Shown here one piece after another: positions 14,501-25,352 of a stretch of DNA of 64,000 nt. Numbering within the stretch: position 1 is the stretch's first letter; each line of letters starts with the position of its first letter. Made by a program: the position numbers and the translations under genes. The stretch is from Laetmonice hystrix (taxonomy: Eukaryota). The stretch lies in the NCBI GenBank assembly GCA_965235115.1, contig OZ249437.1, positions 8,308,001 through 8,372,000 of the forward strand, given 5' to 3'. The notes under the pieces are model-generated. The model saw only the letters and a list, made by a program, of their open reading frames with translations, did no database searches and was not told where the DNA came from.

Positions 14501-16489
14501 AACAAGGCAAACGAGGAGCAATTGTCTCCCATAATGGTTTCCGGGTGTGACGTTTTCATTCTAGGGGTAGAGTTGTTTTTTCTGTCAGCAGAATGTAAGG
14601 ACAGAATGAGCGAGGTTCATGGAGACTCGACCCATTCATTGTGAGAATGTCACCGCTATCCCCCATCTATTCCTAGTGTTTACACGAAGCTGCCATGGCA
14701 TGGGATACCAGAATACACTACCAAAACACACACACTGTTGTCCGGATGCTCATCATTATCAGCTTACCTTTTTCTGCTTCATCCTGCGGACAAACACTGC
14801 TATCCCAGCGGTTGTTGACAGTCCCTGTTTCCAAAAAGATTTGGTTGTAGAGTTCTTGACAGCTTCCTATGGGATAGTATGTGTCTGCAAAGTCTGCCCA
14901 TAAGTGGTTTAGTATTGACAGCGGTGACTCGCAGACATTGGGATATGCTGTTCAATTGTTTGAAGTAGCATCTCATTTTTTCCACTCTGATCTGCCTTTT
15001 GCTTTTTTATTTTTTCGAAACGAAATAAGCCCCGAACCGTTTCTGTACCCAAGATATAGCGTTCGGTTCCGTTGGATTTTTTCTTCCCAGTATGTTATGT
15101 GCGCTCATTTCTTTCTACAATTCTCTAATTGTGGTCTGAGAACTTGTGAAATCTAATCACAATTGGCAGGCGTCACGCGATAACATAAACGTTTTCCTGA
15201 CCGGTGGAAAGTTGTCAGAAATCGTTTTATCCCCCCCCCCCCCATACAATGTCTTAAACCGTTATCCCATTCAGAAGGCAATTTTTGTATATTATAATCG
15301 CAGTTTTTTCAAACTTTAATCTCGCAGGCGTCTTGTAAACTTCTGCCTCCTAACTTAGAAACATTTGGTCAGGGTTTATTCCATTTAAAACGCCTATGTG
15401 AAGCTTCTTGTCACAGGTCACCACTTTATCACAATCAGCAAGCATTTTGATTGAAGCTCAGCAGGTATTTAGTATTAGCGTCCGGGATGACACTGTTGAT
15501 TTCAACATCGTTTTTCTTTATGGTCTGATCGGGTAAGAGACTGTTGATGGTCGGGATTTACTGCCTGATACGGAAACAGTCTGAGTCGTTACGAAGGGGA
15601 ATCACCTTGATCACATACCCTGGTCGCTCATGTCGTGTAGGCAGAACGTTGTGTTATTATCACGGAATGGCGGATTCATGATGGAAGCCTGTTCAGGTAC
15701 CCAGAACCACACTTAAACCTCGCTTTAAATCAGTGCAGGCAACAGGTGCAGATTACACTGCAGTACAATGAGGGAATCGGTTAGCCTCGCACATCAAGAT
15801 TGATATGTCCAACTAGATTCTTCTCAGAGAGAGATTATCAAAGTCGTCAGCAAGAACGAGTCGCTAAGCCACAACGAGAGTGCATAGTATATAATCAAAA
15901 AAAACTTCACTTTTGTTAAATTCATTCATGAATTCATTCATACGAGTGACAAATAGTAAGGGGTAGAGCAGGGGGCAAGGGGCTGCTGTGTTCCTATATT
16001 TTAGTGCATTTCCTGTAAAACTCTGTATTTTAATCAAATTCGCATAAACCCACCCCTTTTTCAGCAAAACTCAGATGACAGATGGTATGAGATTAAAAAG
16101 ACAAGTTAAAAGGCAAAATGTACTCATTTTATGCTTAATAAGGCTATTGCAGTCTTCATTTCAGAAACTTGTATCTTGATTACTAACTTGCATAGTTTCA
16201 AATAAGAGAAAATGGAAAAAAATAAAGTTCTTACTTGAAATAAGAGTTTGCAGGACATCGTGAATAAAAAAGTGTGCGTTTTTCTTCATTTACGCTGATC
16301 TTGAAGACTCCAGCGTACCTGGCGCCATGTTATAGTTTCTAAATGATTCCTTTGAAGTAGGTTACAGCAATATTGAGTAAACATCTTTAAAAAAAGACCC
16401 ATTTCCTTTATTAGACACTAGTCGATGTAAACTTCATTATTGACAGTATGCTGCTAGAGGGCCACAGCAGGTCTAAGGCCTCGATGCAC

Positions 16490-16700
16490 TTTTATCGACA
16501 GTGATATATACCAGTCATCCCTAAAAAAGGAAATGAAAAAGGTCTTGAATTAGACAATTCATCGTCTGAACATGATAGACCTTATCCTATGTCGAGGGAT
16601 GTTTAGAAATCAGTTCCCGAAGGCACTTCTGGCAGGCTGAACGACCTGCAGGTTACTTGACAATAGAACTGGTAGAACAATTGATCAGTAACAGGCCCCA
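16490..16700 (+). mobile_element. Possible L1/Tx1-like RT fragment
   Basis: IPVIPKKG followed, after a frameshift, by N*TIHRLNMIDLIL resembles IPKKG...NWRPISLLNxDxKIL. Confidence 0.25.
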
Positions 16701-17811
16701 AAACCCGGATCCGAAAAGGACACATCAGGGTGTTCTTACAGGCCATCTGTGTTTACTTTCCATTTCAGTTCTGACGGTGTGTGTCGGTTTTAGGTGAAAC
16801 CAGGAAGAGGTTAGTCACCAGCCACCAGGCTGAGTGGGGCCGGAGGACTCCTGCGCGACTCGCTCGGACCTTTTTGACTGGGAACGGCTTGGCAAGATCA
16901 AACAGTGACGAGTGGGGCAGACGGACACATTGCCACAGTCCCACTCACAGAGTCACCTGGCCTGGTCAGAGAAAAGGGACAGCCTGCTTGTGACGAGCTA
17001 CATATGAAAGGTTAAAAGGCTGACTCACTTTCTTGTCTATCCTGTGTCAATATCGGAAAGCTTCTGGTCTGGGTTCAGAAAAAAAACCACGGAGATAGCA
17101 TCAGAGCATTGACTTACATGTTGGACCCTGACCAGGCATAGTGCAGCTTTAAAACAGAAGCGAATATTGCTTGGAGGTGATGAAAAGGATTTTTTCATCA
17201 TCTTATTTTTAGGGGTAACTATTGTTAGCGAAAATGGCACAATCGCTACGTTAAATACCTCGCAAAATTACTTGTTATAGAGTATTCTATCATCGTCGTT
17301 GTCGGTGTCAAACTGACTGATAGGTTGAAATTCTTCAACTTGCGACAAATAGGTTTGAAGGAAGTATTCACTATGCGATTGAGTAGATTTGGGAGAAGAT
17401 CAGTATGTTGTCGTGGACCAGGATCATTCGAGATAGGCCAAAATGGAGGACTGCTCCGCTTGGCGGAGGTCTGCGCTCTACTGAACGCCCTCGAATTGCT
17501 ATAAATGTTTGCCTCTAGCCTCATCAGATCAGACTAGCATTGTGGTAGGGACATAAGGTGCTAGCATGTCACCTTAGATTCACCATTTGCTTTCTTTATG
17601 TCTGTATTCATAATACATCAAGGATTAGCATGGGTGTATGGGGACTCTTTGGTTGGTTATTTTGACCGAATTTGGGAGGATAGTTGCGGCCCCAGCCCCC
17701 AGCCCCCCCCCCCGGCTCGTACGCATATAAGGATTAAAAGAAGATGTTCGTAGGTGGTCCCATTCGGCGTGCCGTGTCGATACTAACCCCCAGACACACG
17801 TCACTCACGAT

Positions 17812-19135
17812 ACAACTACCAACCGGCAGCGTCCGTAACAAGACAGAATCTACCAGCGTCTCCTGGCCTTCAATAACGGGGCATGGGTTTGGTAGAGGAA
17901 CAGTTCACCAATACAACTCTACCAACCGGCAGCGTCCGAAACAAGACAGAATCTACCAGCGTCTCCTGGCCTTCAATAACGGGGCATGGGTTTGGTAGAG
18001 GAACAGTTCACCAATACAACTCTACCAACCGGCAGCGTCCGTAACAAGACAGAATCTACCAGCGTCTCCTGGCCTTCAATAACGGGGCATGGGTTTGGTA
18101 GATGAGCAGTTCACCAATACAACTACCAACCGGCAGCGTCCGAACAAGACAGAATCTACCAGCGTCTCCTGGCCTTCAATAACGGGACATGGGTTTGGTA
18201 GATGAGCAGTTCACCAATACAACTCTACCAACCGGCAGCGTCCGAAACAAGACAGAATCTACCAGCGTCTCCTGGCCTTCAATAACGGGACATGGGTTTG
18301 GTAGATGAGCAGTTCACCAATACAACTCTACCAACCGGCAGCGTCCGAAACAAGACAGAATCTACCAGCGTCTCCTGGCCTTCAATAACGGGGCATGGGT
18401 TTGGTAGATGAGCAGTTCACCAATACAACTACCAACCGCCAGCGTCTGAAACAAGACAGAATCTACCAGCGTCTCCTGGCCTTCAATAACGGGGCATGGG
18501 TTTGGTAGAGGAACAGTTCAACAATACAACTACCAACCGGCAGCGTCCGAAACAAGACAGAATCTACCAGCGTCTCCTGGCCTTCAATAACGGGGCATGG
18601 GTTTGGTAGATGAACAGTTCACCAATACAACTCTACCAACCGGCAGCGTCCGAAACAAGACAGAATCTACCAGCGTCTCCTGACAGGCCTTCAATAACGG
18701 GGCATGGGTTTGGTAGATGAACAGTTCACCAATACAACTACCAACCGGCAGCGTCCGAAACAAGACAGAATCTACCAGCGTCTCCTGGCCTTCAATAACG
18801 GGGCATGGGTTTGGTAGATGAGCAGTTCACCAATACAACTCTACCAACCGGCAGCGTCTGAAACAAGACAGAATCTACCAGCGTCTCCTGGCCTTCAATA
18901 ACGGGGCATGGGTTTGGTAGATGAACAGTTCACCAATACAACTCTACCAACCGGCAGCGTCCGAAACAAGACAGAATCTACCAGCGTCTCCTGGCCTTCA
19001 ATAACGGGGCATGGGTTTGGTAGATGAGCAGTTCACCAATACAACTCTACCAACCGGCAGCGTCCGAAACAAGACAGAATCTACCAGCGTCTCCTGGCCT
19101 TCAATAACGGGGCATGGGTTTGGTAGATGAGCAGT
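17812..19135. repeat. Satellite-like tandem array, 101-103 bp unit, 13 copies
   Basis: Unit caaccggcagcgtccgaaacaagacagaatctaccagcgtctcctggccttcaataacggggcatgggtttggtagatgagcagttcaccaatacaactctac. I counted 13 gggtttggtag occurrences. Confidence 0.97.
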
Positions 19136-20393
19136 TTAATGGATGTTAGAACAAAATGTTGGGGTGACACCAATAAAATGTATAGTCTCCTTTCATCAGT
19201 TGGAATGGCTGTCAGATTAGTGTGCCTCATAGCGGTAAGCTTTACACGTCGGCGTCATCAAAGTACACTGCCCTGTTATCAAAGCTGGAAAAAAATACAA
19301 TTTATAAAGACGCAACCAAATTATACTAAATTACTCGGCTTTTCTTAATTAATGGAAGTTTTGTAATGATCAATCGTTGTATTAGGAGGCTAGAGGAAAA
19401 AGAAATGACAAGAACAGAGATATTATCATATAGGAGGACAAAATTATCGTCGTTTGTATTTCTGCATGGGGAATCAAATACGTGCACAAAAGATTGGGAC
19501 TTATTAATATTGAGGTCAATATGGAATGGCTGCTACTTACCACCTACCATGGGAACATTCATTGTCTTTCAAGAATCGGGTTTTTCACAAAGTACAATTA
19601 GAGGAAGAGAAATAGCATCGATCGTTTTTCTTGCACACTGGAGGAGAACCACTTCTATTGTCAGTTAAATAAATGAAAACTTTACTTTCTGTTGTTGCTA
19701 CTATTTCATTTAAACCGCTACTGTTGCTTTCATCGTTGTCAGGAACTACGACATATTTTATGTCACATACGTTTAATGATGAATTATATAACGTACTTTC
19801 TTTAGACTTAATTGTTGTTTCGATGAAAAGAGTTTCTGCATGGGGTTGACATGAGTAGGAATCACAATGAATTGTTAATCCCTCCATTGTTTTTATTATC
19901 AGTGAAGAGAAGCACCGATTCGAGGGAGTAAAAGTTTTCTATTATTATTTAATCATACTCGTTGTGTTTGGGCAGGCACCCACCAACTATGGTACTGGTC
20001 GGGTACTGACGACGTGACGCAGAAGTTAATCCTCGACTGAACTAGATTTAGCCATTCCATTCCAAACGAATCTTTAGAACATTTTGTACTTTTTGTCTCA
20101 GATCTCCGTGGTCTCAGATCTCCGGGAGGTTAGCTGCATCGCCATGTGTTCTAATCTAACTATCCGAAATATCAGGTCTCAGTTGAGTCACACGTAATAA
20201 CTCTCATCTCCTCGGCGATATTTGGTTTACAATTTGCCTATCCAGACTCCACCGCCCATCAGGTAGCAGACGACCGGAGGTGTGAGCCCAAACAGCGACT
20301 CGCGCGTGCCCACTAAAGTCGGATTCAGCATCTAAACAATAGGAATCCATGCACCCGGAGTGCTGAGACCAACGGAGATCTGAGTGCGCGACA

Positions 20394-20623
20394 CAGGTGT
20401 GAACGGAATGTAAGTCCGCCGGTATGGAGGTCCGCCGGACCTGGATTCCTTAGTTATGCAGGTCCTAGTCATCAACTTCGTGGTATAAGACAATACATAT
20501 GTATAATTAAGAAAATCCAAATGAATTAGGGTTAAGGTTAGGATTAGAGATAGGATTATGAAGAAATATGTATATAATACAACATTACGGACTTCAATTC
20601 CTAGGAATGCAGGTCCATCAGAC
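20394..20623 (+). mobile_element. MITE family A, copy 1 (right end truncated)
   Basis: Colinear with 63617-63864 from CAGGTGTGAACGGAATGTAAGTCC through ttagggttaaggttaggattag to ctaggaatgcaggtc. Confidence 0.85.
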
Positions 20624-21143
20624 ATGAGTTGAGACTAGATACAGGCAGTTAGAATGGATCTTACATGAGTTGAGACTAGATACAGGCAGTTAGAATGGAT
20701 CTTACATGAGTTGAGACTAGATACAGGCAGTTAAAATGGATCTTACATGAGTTGAGACCAGATACAGGCAGTTAGAATGGATCTTACAGGAGTTGAGACT
20801 AGATACAGGCAGTTAGAATGGATCTTACATGAGTTGAGACCAGATACAGGCAGTTAGAATGGATCTTACATGAATTGACATACAGGCAGTTAGAATGGAT
20901 CTTACAGGAGTTGATACTAGATACAGGCAGTTAGAATGGATCTTACATGAGTTGAGACTACATACAGGCAGTTAGAATGGATCTTACATGAGTTGATACT
21001 AGATACAGGCAGTTAGAATGGATCTTACATGAATTGACACCAGATACAGGCAGTTAGAATGGATCTTACATGAATTGACACCAGATACAGGCAGTTAGAA
21101 TGGATCTTACAGGAGTTGAGACTAGATACAGGCAGTTAAAATG
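20623..21143. repeat. 41-bp minisatellite, ~12-13 copies
   Basis: Unit catgagttgagactagatacaggcagttagaatggatctta. Confidence 0.97.
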
Positions 21144-22919
21144 GAAATTAAAAACGAAATACCAAGGAAAGCTCGCGTCCGATTGAATCAGATGGATTTG
21201 GCAAGAAGGGTTGGATGCTACCAATGACAAATGTCGTGTCCGGGGTATCAAATCTTAACGAAAAAACAACAACAATTGTTATAACAATAATTTATTTTGT
21301 CCAACATTATCAAAAGCCATTGCTCTGAATTGGGCTTGTGTTTCATGTGAAAGTAGTTTTTTTTCTAGTGTGGCTCTTTGCAAAGTTTCCAGGCATTAAC
21401 ACTTGATATGGCAACTTTAAACAGGTTCCAGGGCGAAGTCTGAGGTTTTTCCTCTTCAGTTTTTTCCATTTCTGAGAAACTAATCCACTTAATTATGACC
21501 AATCCGTAAAAGCGAACATGTTTTTCATTTGACAGAGATTTAAGGACACGTTTCACGGAATGCCTTGGATCTGCATTGTTGAATCACCTTCAGAACCTAG
21601 TCATGTGCCTACGGTCGAGTCAACGCATTGAAAATTGGGAAAGGGGTTCAGTTGTACAGCCTAAGAGTTCGAAAATTATTTTGAATTCATTTCAAATTTT
21701 TTGTTGTAAAATAATACATGAAGAAGTATGACGTCATTTTGTAACAGTGCATGGTTAATATGGTGTCCCAAAAAAGTGCACAACCATATTAGCACACGGG
21801 TCACATTTGCGAGCTTCGCATGTTATGTTATATTTTATATGTCATTTATATGTATACATGTGTATGTACATGTATAAATGTCATAAGTTGACTTTACATG
21901 TCAAATCGTGAAAATGATACTGTGTGGCTGAAACCACCGACTTGGTACGTCCGCCTAGAGTGCATACCGAGTGCCTCGATCGTGACGACCGAAAACAGAA
22001 GCCACTTGGAGAATGTTTTCAGTTGATATTTTTCTCTCTCTCTGTCTGCTCACTGCACATCCGTGGCTCGATGGAAGCCGTAAAAAAACCATGCCTGTGG
22101 GTGGGCTTTATTGGCGAAGTAACATCAACCTACACGAGGCAAGGTTTAAAGACAATGGAAGACTGTCTAGACACAATAATATATCGTGCTTTATGTGACT
22201 AGACTCTCAAATTGATTAATGCATGTGCTTATGAATTGCTGGAAAGGTTATTTCTTTAGCAACCAATGAATATTATTATTATTGTCTGATGAACGTGCAG
22301 AATGGGAAGCTCAATGTTTATAAAGTTTTATTTGTTATCAATGATAACAACAAATAGAAAAAGATTAGTCTTTCACGCGGGAAAGATAGATTAAGAGAAA
22401 AGTGATAACTGCAATTTGAGCTTTTCATTTTCTCAAATTGATCCAGTACATTAGAAAATGCGACAAAAAGGTATTGGCTTGGTGTCCTTCGTTCTCGATG
22501 TGGAATCATATAAACAACTGTTTGACACAGAGAGCTCTTAGATCTTTTTATGGTGTGAGCAAAATTTGAGATAAAATGAAGCACAGTATAATATGTCACA
22601 GGTGAACGAGGGTTTAATATTAACAAGTGTCTGTTTCGTATCTCATATATGTTATTGAAGTATCCAGTTCATCTAGGTATTGGAGCGAAATTGTTTAGCT
22701 TTTGGTTACATTTTGTCCATCTGTACATTGGTCTCTATTGAGCGTTTTCTATATCTAGGGTTAGATATATTATGTGACAATGCTCGACCTCATCTGGTCA
22801 GATATAGCATCTTGTTTAATATCAGATACTGGCAACTGCCCTCATTGTTCTCTGTATTTTTATATCGAAGATGCAGGCTTACGTGTTCTTTGTTTTGTTT
22901 CCAAAATGGCGGGTCCGCG

Positions 22920-23212
22920 TTGGTGGGTGGCGGGTCCCCGTTGGTAGGTGGGTGGGCCCCCGTTGGCGGGTGGAGGGTCCTCGTTGGTGGGAGTGGGGGG
23001 GGGGGGGGTCCACGTTGGTGGGTGGGTAGGTGGGTGGGGGGTCCACGTTAGTGGGTGGGTAGGTGGGTGGGGGGGTCCACGTTGGTGGGTGGGTGGGCCC
23101 CCGTTGGTGGGTGGGTGGGCCCCCGTTGGTTGGTGGGAGTGGGGATCCCCGTTAGTGGGTGGAGGGTCCCCGTTGGTGGGTGTAGGGTTCCCGTTGGTGG
23201 GTGGGTGGTGGT
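22920..23212 (+). repeat. G-rich degenerate minisatellite with G-quadruplex potential
   Basis: Modules cc(c/a)cgttggtgggtgggtggg repeated, with many GGG runs. Confidence 0.85.
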
Positions 23213-23219
23213 CCAGCTA

Positions 23220-23316
23220 GGGTGCGTTTCACAACGATCGTGTGTTAAATTCCCCATTGAAAATACATTGGCTTTCATGATAGGACAAGTTAACGACGGG
23301 TTGTGAAACGCCCCCC
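23220..23316. mobile_element. Miniature hairpin MITE (family B), copy 1
   Basis: TIRs GGGTGCGTTTCACAAC ... GTTGTGAAACGCCCCC; same terminus as 49720-49827. Confidence 0.75.
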
Positions 23317-23859
23317 TGCGTGTTGCCCCAAGTGTAGGGAACAGAGTCATGATGACGTCTACTGTTGCTGATTATTGTCCACACAGATGTACCGATCCCA
23401 TGATAGGTGTCCTGCCATAGCACTATTCCTTGTTGGTCACACACTCTTGGTCTTACCATACATCTGCTAATGGTGCTTTAATATAACGTCACTTTTTCCA
23501 GTCCATCTCACGTTATCGCTGGCCAATGACTGAGGCATTGACCACATAGGTTCTGAGATGTGTAACTGTTAGAGGGTAAAAAGAAATCCCATGAACGATC
23601 CGCTATAGATGCTATTCTGTTGTATTGGCAAAGCTACTACTTGTTCATTCTGATGCAAATGGTGTGGCATGCATTGGTTTAAAGGCCCTCCAGCAAACCG
23701 AGAGGATTCCCTTTGATGTGCGAGTGATACTTGAGATGTCATAAATCTATTCAATATCCAAGTTGAGCAATGGCAGCGTTATGAAGTGCGACTATGGTTG
23801 TTGGCTGATGTGCCAGTGGTAACAGCGCAGGTGTAGAGATACCTGAGGTAGACGAGACT

Positions 23860-24010
23860 AGGGTCCGCTGTCGGGGTGTGTGGTGGTGGTGGTGGTGGGG
23901 GGTGGGGTGTGCATCATACCTGGTAGAGGAGATTAGGGCCCGCTGTCGGGGTGTGTGGACTGTGGTGGTGGTGGGGTGAGTGGTGGTGGTGGTGGTGGTG
24001 GTGGTGGTAT
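23860..24010 (+). repeat. Duplicated ggg(t/c)ccgctgtcggggtgtgtgg module with (GGT)n microsatellites
   Basis: Seen directly. Confidence 0.8.
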
Positions 24011-24416
24011 GGGGGGGGGAGTAATGTAACATTATAATCCCGTGAGGATCGAGTAATATGGCACCCATTACGAGATACCGAGATGGCGGTATTTCTTGCG
24101 AAGGTTACCGCTAGTGTCCATATTCTACCCCCTCCCCCTCATCCAGGGGTGTTGGGGAGGCGGCTGTTATAGTAAAGGGTCTGTACATAACATACTGACA
24201 GGCATTCATGGACCAATTTACAAATAACATCTCACTCCAAAATATTATTTTTGACGTTGCTATATCTCAAACAAAAATGATAATTTAAAATCATTAAAAT
24301 CATTTAATTGTATAGAAATTTCTTCTATCCCGATTTCTAAACAATGGAATGTTTTAGGTTGTTGTTGCTCATAGGATTCCAAGCAATGGAGGGCTGAAGA
24401 CTGACAACTTATACTT

Positions 24417-25026
24417 ATGGACGTGATCCACTTGCGTTGCGATGCTTCCGATTCACCCCTTGCGCGGTCTTACGAGCTCTTCCGAGGGAAAAATTCCAAA
24501 TCGGGAATGCACGCAAGCATTTTAAGTGAATCACGCATTACGAGCGTTCACGGGTGTTCCGAGGGCTTCCGACGTCTTACGAGTGCCAGAGCGCTCTCGG
24601 GACCTCCTTACGAGCAGATCAAAAAGTTAGATAATCGGAAAAGTGCATAGTGCGTGGCCTCGCGTAAGATATCGGAGGATGCATGAAGAGCTCGTAAGCA
24701 CTCGGAAGAGCGCAGAAGGTCTAAAGCGAACCCAAAAACGTCTTCCATTTCTTGTTCCTCACCTTCGGCCAAAAAGGCGAAGGTGAGGGCAATTATTGCG
24801 ACCTCCTCGGGCTTCATTTTAATGTCCTCTGACAATCGGAAGAGCTCTTAAGACCCTACAAGTGGATTATGCTTTTCGATTTTCTTACGATTTTCTTACG
24901 CGGGTTACGCAAGCCTACGATTCCTTACGCGGCCTTACGAGCACTTTTACGTACTTCCGAATCTTCCGAGAGAGAGAAAATCGTAGAGGCGCGGAAGCCA
25001 TCGCAACGCAAGTGGATCACGTCCAT
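24417..25026 (-). mobile_element. Non-autonomous PIF/Harbinger derivative
   Basis: ~34-bp TIRs ATGGACGTGATCCACTTGCGTTGCGATG(G)CTTCCG. The minus strand keeps a transposase-like N-terminus, MKPEEVAIIALTFAFL, then RNGRRFWVR after a frameshift. Flanks are TTA / TTC, close to a TWA TSD. Confidence 0.7.
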
Positions 25027-25183
25027 TCGGTGACCAAGGCGAAATGGTGTTTGCTTCAGCGGCAGTTCCTATTTTTCATAGAGTGCAAATAGAGAGTTTC
25101 AGCAGCGTTTAATGATGCTATGTATGGGTGGTCGAAGATGGACGGATAGACGATGTTTCAGTTGTTTCTGGTTGTGTTTGCAG

Positions 25184-25352
25184 AAAGAGTTCAAGCCGGT
25201 CAAGTACTTCTCCATCGACCGGGTGTTCCGGAACGAGACACTGGATGCCACCCACCTGGCCGAGTTTCACCAGATTGAGGGGCTGGTAGCCGACTTCAAC
25301 CTGACGCTGGGGGATCTTATGGGGATCATCAACCAGTTCTTCATCAAACTAG
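25184..25352 (+). CDS. FARSA: Phenylalanyl-tRNA synthetase alpha subunit, internal exon (169 nt)
   Basis: Acceptor ttgtgtttgcag| and donor CTAG|gtaagt. Translates [56 protein letters not shown]+G, which contains class II aaRS motif 2 of eukaryotic PheRS-alpha (human: [37 protein letters not shown]...). Confidence 0.97.

Noticed and set aside
14700-14770. QNTHTVVRML resembling FARSA RTHTTAVSARML (missing upstream exon)
   Set aside because: Needs two deletions in an invariant motif, the flanking residues do not match, and there are no fitting splice sites.
17812-19135. Possible hammerhead ribozyme (retrozyme-like) in the 102-bp satellite, prompted by GATGAG and GTCCGAAAC
   Set aside because: The core reads TAGATGAG rather than CTGANGA, and no stem III partner (CTTGT-H) for GAAACAAG exists in the unit.
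20332-20625. Shared peptide TCIT.ESRSGGPP.RRTYIPFTPV in ORFs at 20332-20625 and 63468-63695
   Set aside because: Both are antisense translations of MITE family A, not paralogous exons.
21763-21790. TATGGTGTCCCAAAAAAGTG resembling a Tc1/mariner TIR start
   Set aside because: No matching opposite end found.
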